In this document: positions 17,768 through 25,547 of the stretch, in pieces
Position numbering within the stretch: the stretch's first letter is position 1
How the letters are laid out: each line of letters starts with the position of its first letter
Assembly: GCA_049423385.1 (NCBI GenBank)
Contig: JBMSQQ010000030.1
Location: forward strand, 1-34,883
Length of the DNA: 34,883 bases
Direction: 5' to 3'
Origin: Silvanigrellaceae bacterium
GTDB lineage: Bacteria > Bdellovibrionota_B > Oligoflexia > Silvanigrellales > Silvanigrellaceae
Notes under the pieces: model-generated
Database searches by the model: none
What the model saw: only the letters and a program-made list of their open reading frames with translations
What the model was told of the DNA's origin: nothing
Program-made: the position numbers and the translations under genes

Positions 17768-17867
17768 GCCGTGCGATCTCCTTGCGTGGAACTTTGTGCG
17801 TGCTCCTTTTTGATTGTGACGGAACGACTCGCAGGCAAGTGAGTCGCGAAAATGTCGCGGAATAGGG

Positions 17868-17906
17868 AAAAAAAAGCACCCCGCATGCAAATTGCACTTG
17901 GGGTGC
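17868..17906 (-). terminator. Intrinsic terminator between clpX and lon
   Basis: Minus strand GCACCCC-aaGTGCAAtTTGCATgc-GGGGTGC followed by T8. Confidence 0.8.
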
Positions 17907-17928
17907 CTCAACAATAATCAGTTCGGTG

Positions 17929-19323
17929 TTATTTTTTTGAACCGGTCGATTTTGCAGCCGTGGACTTGCTTGCCGTTGGTGCAGTCTGCGCAGGGGTCGC
18001 AGCAGACGAGGCCTTGGCAGCCAGTCGCTCATTGCGCGCAGCAATTTCGTCCTCGGTGAAGTACACGTACTGTGGAGCCTTGCCATCGTTGATGCTTTCG
18101 GCGGACACAATCACGTCTTTCACGTTCTTCATGCTCGGCAGTTCAAACATTGTGTCGAGCATCACGTCTTCTAGAATCGCACGCAAACCGCGGGCACCTG
18201 TCTTGCGCTTGAGAGCCTCGTGCGCAACCGCGCTCAAAGCTTCAGGCTCAAACACCAGATTCACGCGCTCGTAGGCAAAGAGACGCTGATACTGTTTGAT
18301 AATTGCGTTGCGCGGTTCAGAAAGGATCTTGACCAAAGCAACGTCGTCCAACTCTGCAAGTGTCACGACCACAGGCAAACGCCCCATGAATTCAGGAATC
18401 ATCCCGAATTTCAAAAGATCCTCAACGCGAACCTTGGCGAACAATTCCGTCACATTGAGTTTTGCGCGACTCTTGACGTCAGCTCCAAAGCCCATGGAGT
18501 TGGAATCCATTCGTGCGCGAATGATTTCTTCAAGGCCTGCAAACGCACCACCGCAGATGAAAAGAATGTTGGTGGTGTCAACCTGCAAAAATTCCTGCTG
18601 CGGATGCTTGCGTCCACCGCGAGGGGGAACGTTTGAAACGGTTCCTTCCAGCAATTTGAGCAAAGCTTGCTGCACGCCCTCACCCGAAACGTCGCGGGTG
18701 ATGGAGGTGTTCTCACCCTTGCGGGCAATTTTGTCGATTTCATCGATGTACGCGATACCTTTTTGCGCCTGCTCGACGTCAAAATCAGCTGCCTGAAGTA
18801 GGTTGAGAATGATATTCTCGACGTCTTCACCGACGTAACCTGCTTCGGTCAGGTTGGTCGCGTCTGCAATCGTGAACGGAACCTGAAGAATGCGCGCCAT
18901 GCTTTGAGCAAGCAGCGTTTTTCCGGATCCGGTGGGACCAATCAGAAGGATGTTGCTCTTGGCCAACTCAACTTCTTCTTTGTTTTGCGCGTTGGTGTGC
19001 TCAATGCGCTTGTAGTGGTTGTGAACGGCAACCGACAAAACCCGCTTGGCTCTTTCCTGACCAATCACATAGTCATCCAGAACCTTTTTGATTTCTGTAG
19101 GGCTCGGAACGCCCTCAACCGCGCCAACGACATCGTCCTTTTCCATTTCTTCGGCGATGATGTCGTTGCACAAGGCAATACACTCATCACAAATATAAAC
19201 GTTGGGTCCCGCGATCAGCTTTTTCACTTCGCGCTGACTCTTTCCGCAGAAACTACAGTGGAGTCCGTGAAGGTTGCCACCGCCGCTGCGGCTCGCTGAA
19301 AAATCAATACCGTGAGTTGTCAT
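17929..19323 (-). CDS. clpX: ATP-dependent Clp protease ATP-binding subunit ClpX
   Basis: CSFCGKSQ...CDEC zinc domain; [33 protein letters not shown] loop; KTGARGLR. Confidence 0.99.
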   Translation of the reverse strand: MTTHGIDFSASRSGGGNLHGLHCSFCGKSQREVKKLIAGPNVYICDECIALCNDIIAEEMEKDDVVGAVEGVPSPTEIKKVLDDYVIGQERAKRVLSVAVHNHYKRIEHTNAQNKEEVELAKSNILLIGPTGSGKTLLAQSMARILQVPFTIADATNLTEAGYVGEDVENIILNLLQAADFDVEQAQKGIAYIDEIDKIARKGENTSITRDVSGEGVQQALLKLLEGTVSNVPPRGGRKHPQQEFLQVDTTNILFICGGAFAGLEEIIRARMDSNSMGFGADVKSRAKLNVTELFAKVRVEDLLKFGMIPEFMGRLPVVVTLAELDDVALVKILSEPRNAIIKQYQRLFAYERVNLVFEPEALSAVAHEALKRKTGARGLRAILEDVMLDTMFELPSMKNVKDVIVSAESINDGKAPQYVYFTEDEIAARNERLAAKASSAATPAQTAPTASKSTAAKSTGSKK

Positions 19324-19396
19324 AGGGTTGCACCCCTCATCCATCTGCAAGCAAATTCAAAAAACCAACGCACCCAACGTAACAGCCCGTTTTCCT

Positions 19397-20005
19397 TCAA
19401 AGGCCGGTGTAAGCCAGCCTGTCGGTCCGGGGCATCAATAAATCGTCCACAATTCCATATTCCTTAGCCTCCTTCGCACCCATGAAGAAGTCGCGCTCCC
19501 CATCGGCCTCAATTTCCTTAACAGATTTGCCAGTATGCAGTGCCAAGATTTCGTTGAGACGTTTTTTCAGGGTCAAAATTTCCCGGGCCTGAATGGCAAT
19601 GTCGCTGGCCTGACCGCCTGCACCGCCCGAGGGCTGGTGAATCATGACCCGGCTGTTGGGAAGCGCGTAACGCTTGCCTTTTGCACCTGCCGACAGCAAC
19701 AAAGCTGCTGCGCTCGCGCACTGGCCTACACAATAAGTACGGACCTGCGGACGAATCACCTGCATCGCGTCATAGATCGCCAGTCCGGCCGTCACGCTGC
19801 CACCCGGGCTGTTGATGTAAAAGTTGATGTCCTTTTCAGGGTCCTGCGACTCGAGGAACAACAACTGCGCAACAATCAGGTTCGCCACTTCGTCATAAAC
19901 CGGAGTACCCAAAAAAATAATCCGGTCTTTCAACAACCTTGACCACAAATCGTAACTGCGTTCGCCACGGTTGGTTTGCTCAACGACTATCGGGACTAAT
20001 GGCAT
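19397..20005 (-). CDS. clpP: ATP-dependent Clp protease proteolytic subunit ClpP
   Basis: [48 protein letters not shown] before ATG 20005. Confidence 0.99.
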   Translation of the reverse strand: MPLVPIVVEQTNRGERSYDLWSRLLKDRIIFLGTPVYDEVANLIVAQLLFLESQDPEKDINFYINSPGGSVTAGLAIYDAMQVIRPQVRTYCVGQCASAAALLLSAGAKGKRYALPNSRVMIHQPSGGAGGQASDIAIQAREILTLKKRLNEILALHTGKSVKEIEADGERDFFMGAKEAKEYGIVDDLLMPRTDRLAYTGL

Positions 20006-20127
20006 GTCGCTCAACCTCTTCTCTGCTTTTCCCGGATTTGAACTGCCCTTCACTTGCAGGACAGGCCGTTTGCCGGGAGACTCATCCAATCTTGGTACCT
20101 TAGCATATTGTCGGAAGGAGCCTGCCA

Positions 20128-20946
20128 ATGCCACATCCATTCCAGCCGCCCACGGGTCCGGAATTTGACAACTGCAATTTCTGGATCACCGGAGCCACTT
20201 CAGGGATGGGATTCGAAATCGCAAGGCAACTTGCCATCCAAGGTGCTTCGTTGTGGATCATGGCCCGAAACCCTCAATCCCTGCAAGCAACCGCGCAACA
20301 ACTGCGCCTGGCCGGTGCAAAAAATGTCTTTCCGGTGGCACTGGACCTCACTCTCCCGAATCTCGCTGATTGCATCCATCGTCAAGTCGCTAACGTAACA
20401 TTCCGCGGAGTCCTGGTGAATGGTGGCGGGCCACACGGCGCTGGCCTGCTGAATTTCACGGCAGAGGATTACGACAACGCACATGCGCTTTTACTGCGAG
20501 GCCCGGCGCTGCTCACTCAAGCTTTATTGCCGCAGCTCGAAGAGAAATTGGGAAGTCTTGTGACAATCTCAAGCACGACGGTGCGCGAGCTCAACCCTGA
20601 GTTGCCTTTGTCTGGCGCCTATCGCACGGGACTCATGTCGCTGATGAAAGCGTTTGCAGAAGAAGCCGGCAAACGCGGGGTGCGCGTCAACACGGTGGCT
20701 CCGGGTTATGTTCGCACCGAAAAACTCACAGAGCTGCAAACTTACGTGGCACAAAAAAAATTCGGCAACAACGATGACGAATCTCTCAGGCAGGTTGAAG
20801 AAGAATGGGCTTCATTGTCGCCCTTGCACAGAATTTTGGAGCCCGCCGAAATTGCAGAGCTCTGCTTGTTTCTTTTCTCGCGCGCGAGCCGCTCGCTGAC
20901 GGGTCAAACTTTTGTGGCAGATGCGGGTCAGTTGCGCATGCTTTGA
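20128..20946 (+). CDS. Short-chain dehydrogenase/reductase (atypical, no YxxxK)
   Basis: TGATSGMG nucleotide-binding motif; VNGGGP; LSGAYR in place of Yxxx[22 protein letters not shown]. Confidence 0.9.
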   Translation: MPHPFQPPTGPEFDNCNFWITGATSGMGFEIARQLAIQGASLWIMARNPQSLQATAQQLRLAGAKNVFPVALDLTLPNLADCIHRQVANVTFRGVLVNGGGPHGAGLLNFTAEDYDNAHALLLRGPALLTQALLPQLEEKLGSLVTISSTTVRELNPELPLSGAYRTGLMSLMKAFAEEAGKRGVRVNTVAPGYVRTEKLTELQTYVAQKKFGNNDDESLRQVEEEWASLSPLHRILEPAEIAELCLFLFSRASRSLTGQTFVADAGQLRML

Positions 20947-20947
20947 T

Positions 20948-21586
20948 TCACTCTTCCTTGCGAAAGTGAAGATAACTAAAAACAACGGTGCTCCCGCAGG
21001 CAAAAACAAGGGCGGCAATGGGAATGAGCGTGTGGGGTTGTATGAGCACCCATGCCAATGATGCAGCACCGGCGATGACGTGCATTTTTCCGGCAAAACG
21101 ATGCGTTTTCTTCCAGTTGTGGTGAGACGCGAGGGTCCACGGAAGACGAAAACCCACAACAAAGTTTTGTTCAATTTTTCCAAAATAGTTGCCCATAAAG
21201 ATTGTGAGAACACTCAGGCCTATGGGCATGGCTTTGTGTATCCACACACCAGGTTCAAGAGCTTCGCGCAGGGAAGCCAGGTAGATGATCATCAAAAACG
21301 CAACAATAGCGAAGTTGAGTTTTGCAATCGCTTGCATGCTTTGCGCTGCGTTGAAGTTGGATGGCGACATCTTGAGAGCGCCCGACACAACAAACAAAAC
21401 CATAAAAGCAATCCCTGGAAGCATAGTCAGGGCATAGAATTTTGATGCGAAATCGTCGGCCTGCCCAGCCACATTGAAGTGCACGGGAATTTGTTCTGGC
21501 AGATTGTGACTCATGCAAAAGCCAACATAAGTGGTGAGGAGAATCAGCGCAAGGCTTGGCCAGTTTGTTTTTATAACTTGTGTCAC
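20948..21586 (-). CDS. SdpI-family membrane protein (DUF1648 + SdpI)
   Basis: LPEQIPVHFN..GQAD, GNYFGKI..NF.VGFRLPWTL...NWKKTHRFAG; about six TM segments; GTG start 1 nt after the regulator stop. Confidence 0.88.
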   Translation of the reverse strand: MTQVIKTNWPSLALILLTTYVGFCMSHNLPEQIPVHFNVAGQADDFASKFYALTMLPGIAFMVLFVVSGALKMSPSNFNAAQSMQAIAKLNFAIVAFLMIIYLASLREALEPGVWIHKAMPIGLSVLTIFMGNYFGKIEQNFVVGFRLPWTLASHHNWKKTHRFAGKMHVIAGAASLAWVLIQPHTLIPIAALVFACGSTVVFSYLHFRKEE

Positions 21587-21587
21587 G

Positions 21588-21860
21588 TCACTTTTCCTTT
21601 TTTGAAAAAAAGTTTGCAGAGAATGTCGCCATGTCTTCAAACACCGAAGTGTGAATGGCGTAGAAGATTTGCTGGCCTTGCCGACGCGTTGTGACCAGGT
21701 CGGCGGCTTTGAGTTTTGCCAGGTGATGAGAGAGCGATGCGCCCGTGATTTCAAAGTGCGCAGCGATTTCGGATACAGACAGCTCTTGTTCCTTGAGGAG
21801 CTCGAGGATGCGTCGTCTTGTGGTGTCTGAAAGGGCTTCGAATACGAGCTGAATCTTCAT
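21588..21860 (-). CDS. SdpR-like ArsR/SmtB-family autorepressor
   Basis: FEALSDTTRRRILELLK...EIA..F....SLSHHL..LK.ADLV...RQGQQIFY...TSVFED; directly upstream of the SdpI-like gene. Confidence 0.9.
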   Translation of the reverse strand: MKIQLVFEALSDTTRRRILELLKEQELSVSEIAAHFEITGASLSHHLAKLKAADLVTTRRQGQQIFYAIHTSVFEDMATFSANFFSKKEK

Positions 21861-21862
21861 AT

Positions 21863-21896
21863 TTAGACATTTATCTAACTGTCAAAATAAAGTCAA
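21863..21896 (-). promoter_or_regulatory. Promoter and palindromic operator of the sdpR-sdpI-like operon
   Basis: Minus strand TTGACT-N17-TAAATG-N7-ATG; inverted repeat TTAGA-N6-TCTAA (21863-21878) overlaps the -10; no SD present. Confidence 0.55.
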
Positions 21897-22081
21897 GAAT
21901 GTAAACCAAACTGTTTTTGCCGGACTTGTTTGCATTCAAATTTCCACAGAAGTAAAAATGAGCATCGTGGTGGTATTGGTTCAGGAAGAATCGACGCCTC
22001 TGCCCAAGAGGTTGAAAACGGTCCGAAATCGCCGAGCTCTGCCTTATTCCGAACCTTTCCCATCTTTCGGAGCCGAAAATC

Positions 22082-23083
22082 ATGACTCAAAATGAAGTTT
22101 CATTGGGACACCCTCATCAGCGTCTGCGCCGCCTGCGACAAACTGCTGCGCTGCGTTCGCTTGTGGCTGAAACCACTCTTTCCAAAGCCGATTTCATTTG
22201 TCCCGTCTTTGTCACCGAGATCAACGACAAGCGCACACCTATCGCGAGCCTTCCTGGCGTGGATCGCATTCCCCTTTCGGAACTGGCGGCGGAAGTCAAA
22301 AAAATTCATGCGCTCGGTTTGAAATCCGTGCTTCTTTTTCCGGTGGTCGACAGCAGCAAGAAATCGCTCATGGGAGATGAAGCCTTCAATCCAAATGGCC
22401 TGATTCAAAAAGCAGTTGAACTGGTGAAGAAAACCGTTCCGGACTTGGTGATCATGGCAGACGTTGCGCTCGATCCTTTCACCACTCATGGACACGATGG
22501 AATCGTTGGCCCCGACGGCAATATCCTCAACGACGAAACAGTTTCGGCTCTTGTGAAAATGTCTGTCAGCCTTGCACAAGCAGGAGTCGATTTTGTTGCT
22601 CCGAGCGACATGATGGACGGACGCGTGGGTGCAATTCGATCGGCCCTAGACAAGGAAAAATTCCACAACACTGGAATTCTCGCCTACAGCGCAAAATACG
22701 CGTCTGCATTTTATGGCCCGTTTCGTGAAGCAGTGGGCTCAGGTGCACGTGGGCTCGACAAAAAGAACTACCAATTGAATTATGCAAATGTGCGGGAAGC
22801 GATTCTTGAAGCTGAATACGACGAAGCTGAAGGCGCTGACTTGATAATGGTGAAGCCCGGCTTGTGTTACCTGGACATCCTTTGCAGGCTCAAAGGAAAG
22901 ACCCTGAAACCTTTGGTGATGTACCATGTGAGCGGCGAGTACGCGATGCTCAAGGCAGCAGTGGAACGCGATTGGCTGGACGAAAAACCCGCCGTTCTTG
23001 AAACCCTGACCTCGATGAAGCGCGCAGGAGCTGATCTTATCGTGACTTACTATGCTCAGTGGGCCGCTGAGCACCTCTTCTGA
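22082..23083 (+). CDS. hemB: Porphobilinogen synthase (delta-aminolevulinic acid dehydratase)
   Basis: RLRRLR; DVALDPFTTHGHDG; APSDMMDGRV; YSAKYASAFYGPFREA; EGADLIMVKP; YHVSGEYAM. Confidence 0.99.
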   Translation: MTQNEVSLGHPHQRLRRLRQTAALRSLVAETTLSKADFICPVFVTEINDKRTPIASLPGVDRIPLSELAAEVKKIHALGLKSVLLFPVVDSSKKSLMGDEAFNPNGLIQKAVELVKKTVPDLVIMADVALDPFTTHGHDGIVGPDGNILNDETVSALVKMSVSLAQAGVDFVAPSDMMDGRVGAIRSALDKEKFHNTGILAYSAKYASAFYGPFREAVGSGARGLDKKNYQLNYANVREAILEAEYDEAEGADLIMVKPGLCYLDILCRLKGKTLKPLVMYHVSGEYAMLKAAVERDWLDEKPAVLETLTSMKRAGADLIVTYYAQWAAEHLF

Positions 23084-23252
23084 CTCCACAATGAGACAAA
23101 ATCAACCCATATCGTTAAAGCCTGTCTCATGATTTCATCAATGATTTCAGACATCAAAAAAAAGACTTGAGAGACAGAAATTTCTTCCGATATGACTTGT
23201 GTGAGGTTGGAACGGGGGTTCCGCCGATAGCAAGCACCATGAGGAGGTTGCC

Positions 23253-23960
23253 ATGAAACGATCAAACAGGGTTCTCAGTTGCCTTTCATCGATCGCACTT
23301 GCGACGTCTGCTCTCACGGCCTGCGGCACAGCCATGGATCTTCTGGACAAAAATGGCCAGTCACAATCATCAGCCGCAAACTCATCTGAATCTGATACGC
23401 AAAACCTCCTCGACGGAAGTTTTGGTTCAGCCAGCGGCATGACCGATCCACAATTCAAACCTTTCCGTATGGAAGGCGTTGGTGGCTCCGAAAGAGGTGG
23501 TCATGGTCCCGGACATGCCGATGGCGGCGGTCGTGGACATCACAAAGGCCCTCATGGTGGCCCTGGAAAACCACCACCACAAGCGTTGCCTGCCGACATC
23601 GCGGAACTGATGAAATCTGCCGATGCAAAGAAGGATGCAGTGCTTGGCATCGACAGAACAAAGATCGATCCTATTCTGAAAGCCATGCAGGCGGATCTCG
23701 AAGTCCTGCGCGCAGTCGCGGGAAGCCGCGAAGTGTTCCTCGTGAAGGCAAAAGAAATCCAGGACAAATATGCTGAACAGTTGAAAGCCGCGCTTCCGGC
23801 CTTCGACAGTCTCACGCAGGAACAAAAAGATCGCGTCAAAGCGATTCATGATTTGCAAAAGAAGGTCATCGACAGCTGTGTGGCACGAGGCGCAGATTCC
23901 ACCAGCGCAACCTGCACCACCGCCAAGAGCGACCTCAAGGCAAATATCGACGCGCCTTGA
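23253..23960 (+). CDS. Lipoprotein with a Gly/His/Pro-rich segment and helical LTxxQ-type (Spy/CpxP-like) region
   Basis: GAGGAGG RBS; lipobox LTAC; GGHGPGH...GHHKGPHGGPG; LTQEQK motif; C-terminal Cys pair. Confidence 0.6.
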   Translation: MKRSNRVLSCLSSIALATSALTACGTAMDLLDKNGQSQSSAANSSESDTQNLLDGSFGSASGMTDPQFKPFRMEGVGGSERGGHGPGHADGGGRGHHKGPHGGPGKPPPQALPADIAELMKSADAKKDAVLGIDRTKIDPILKAMQADLEVLRAVAGSREVFLVKAKEIQDKYAEQLKAALPAFDSLTQEQKDRVKAIHDLQKKVIDSCVARGADSTSATCTTAKSDLKANIDAP

Positions 23961-23982
23961 GGCTCGTCACTTCCAGTGACCC

Positions 23983-24013
23983 GCCGGATGATTCACATCC
24001 ATCCGGCTTTTTT
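23983..24013 (+). terminator. Intrinsic terminator
   Basis: GCCGGATG-N9-CATCCGGC followed by T6, between convergent genes. Confidence 0.8.
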
Positions 24014-24945
24014 CACTTGACCGCTTCATCCAATGCCTGCGAGGCGCGACTCTTGATGCGCGGATCCTGATGATTCTGGCTGAGCCACATCAACTCGCGC
24101 ACCACCTCGGCTCCACCTGTGCGACCCATCAATTCGAGCAATTGAAATTGCACCCATGCAGACTCGACCCGGAATGCATTCACCCAGGCAACAGAATTTT
24201 TCCTCAGTATTGAAACGTACTCTTTCGAATACAAACCGCGCGCGCCAGAATTTAGGTTCACATAAATGGCATTCAATGCATTCAGCTCTTCAGCAGCGGG
24301 AACACGTTTTGCCAGTTGCTTGAGGTATTGATCAAAGACCACCGGAGGAGGAACGGCCTGCAACGACGCAGAGCCTGTGGCATCGGCGATAAGTTGTTTT
24401 CCATAGGTTTCGCGGGTGAAAATCGCCAACCCGCGTTGTTTGCGGATGTCGTCGCCACTGCGAATCACCCATTTTTGCAACAAGTCGGCAAATGCCTTTT
24501 CGTCCCATTGTTGAAGCGTTGCCAACCATTCCAGACCTCCTCCGGAAGCAGCCTCGCTGCCAACGAACGTTTTTGCTGCGGGCAGATCCAAAAGAACACC
24601 CAACGTAACGGCGGCCATGCGCCCGGTGTTTGAACGTGCGTCGACAGGTTTGCCTTTCAAATCTCCCAACCATGTTTCGAGGGTTTTGCGACAGGGACTG
24701 TCGGGCTTTTGCATCACCTCAATCAGTTTATGCCGCGTGTTTGCATCTGTGAGTGAATTCTCTGCAAGCATGGCCTGCAACTCATCTGCCGTTGGTCGGG
24801 CACGACCGGGCAGACAGCGTTGCGCCAGCTTCAGTTCGGATTCAACTTTCTGAGCAGCAAAGGAAGGTGCACACACGATGAATAAACCCGCAATCACCGC
24901 TGCTGCAGCACCCGCGGCTTTAGGATTGATTCTCAACCCAAACAT
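24013..24945 (-). CDS. Hypothetical exported alpha-helical protein with a HEAT-like C-terminus
   Basis: Signal peptide ending SFA; C-terminal LMGRTGGAEVVRELMWL...DPRIKSRASQAL resembles a HEAT repeat; AAGGGGG RBS. Confidence 0.65.
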   Translation of the reverse strand: MFGLRINPKAAGAAAAVIAGLFIVCAPSFAAQKVESELKLAQRCLPGRARPTADELQAMLAENSLTDANTRHKLIEVMQKPDSPCRKTLETWLGDLKGKPVDARSNTGRMAAVTLGVLLDLPAAKTFVGSEAASGGGLEWLATLQQWDEKAFADLLQKWVIRSGDDIRKQRGLAIFTRETYGKQLIADATGSASLQAVPPPVVFDQYLKQLAKRVPAAEELNALNAIYVNLNSGARGLYSKEYVSILRKNSVAWVNAFRVESAWVQFQLLELMGRTGGAEVVRELMWLSQNHQDPRIKSRASQALDEAVK

Positions 24946-25442
24946 TGCCATCCCCCTTTGCCTGCAAGCCCGGCCGCTTGCCATTTCAACTTTAAAACCC
25001 AATTCGTATCTTTCGCTTGTTTCAATGCCGCGGCGAGCTTTTCGGCAGAAAGCATTTCGCCCTGTGCATCAACAAACCCCGTGGCAGCTTCGCTTCCAGG
25101 AACGGGAGTGAGAACTGCCATCAAAAGACCCAGGGCACGATTCCACATCGCCTGTTCAAGCCCAACGACACTTTCCGAATCTTCCAACTGAAGCACAATC
25201 CTCTGCTCATGCATATATTCTTGGCAAATCCAGCGGAGGGCCCTCACCCGCAATGACCTGTACCGGGCCGCAAGCGCAGGTGCAGCTTTCAGTTGATCCT
25301 GGGATTGCTGTATCTGGAGCATAGAAAGCACAACTGCTTGTCGAAGTTCCGAATGCCTCAAACTGAGCAAACGATAGGCAAAACCTGCCCAAAGAGCAGC
25401 GACTGCTGAAGCCAAATGCCAAATGAGATTAGTCAATTCCAT
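24933..25442 (-). CDS. Hypothetical protein with an N-terminal membrane anchor
   Basis: 169-aa ORF with one N-terminal hydrophobic helix; overlaps the start of the downstream gene by 13 nt. Confidence 0.6.
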   Translation of the reverse strand: MELTNLIWHLASAVAALWAGFAYRLLSLRHSELRQAVVLSMLQIQQSQDQLKAAPALAARYRSLRVRALRWICQEYMHEQRIVLQLEDSESVVGLEQAMWNRALGLLMAVLTPVPGSEAATGFVDAQGEMLSAEKLAAALKQAKDTNWVLKLKWQAAGLAGKGGWQCLG

Positions 25443-25547
25443 GAAGAATGCTCACAATCTGAAGAACGAATGCGTTAAAGTGACAATGCAGACAATTTAC
25501 CAGTTTTCGGTCACGGAGTAGAACATCCGGTGGAGGAGACCAACACT

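Noticed and set aside
17822..17850. CIRCE-like inverted repeat upstream of lon
   Set aside because: ACTC-N10-GAGT has the wrong spacer and lacks the TTAGC/GCTAA arms of CIRCE.
20128..20946. SDR lacking the catalytic YxxxK as a possible pseudogene or novelty
   Set aside because: The SxxxR variant with NxGGP is a known atypical SDR subgroup and the ORF is intact.
21958..22095. 45-codon ORF (MSIVVVLVQ...) overlapping the hemB start
   Set aside because: No RBS and no recognisable features; cannot be supported from sequence alone.
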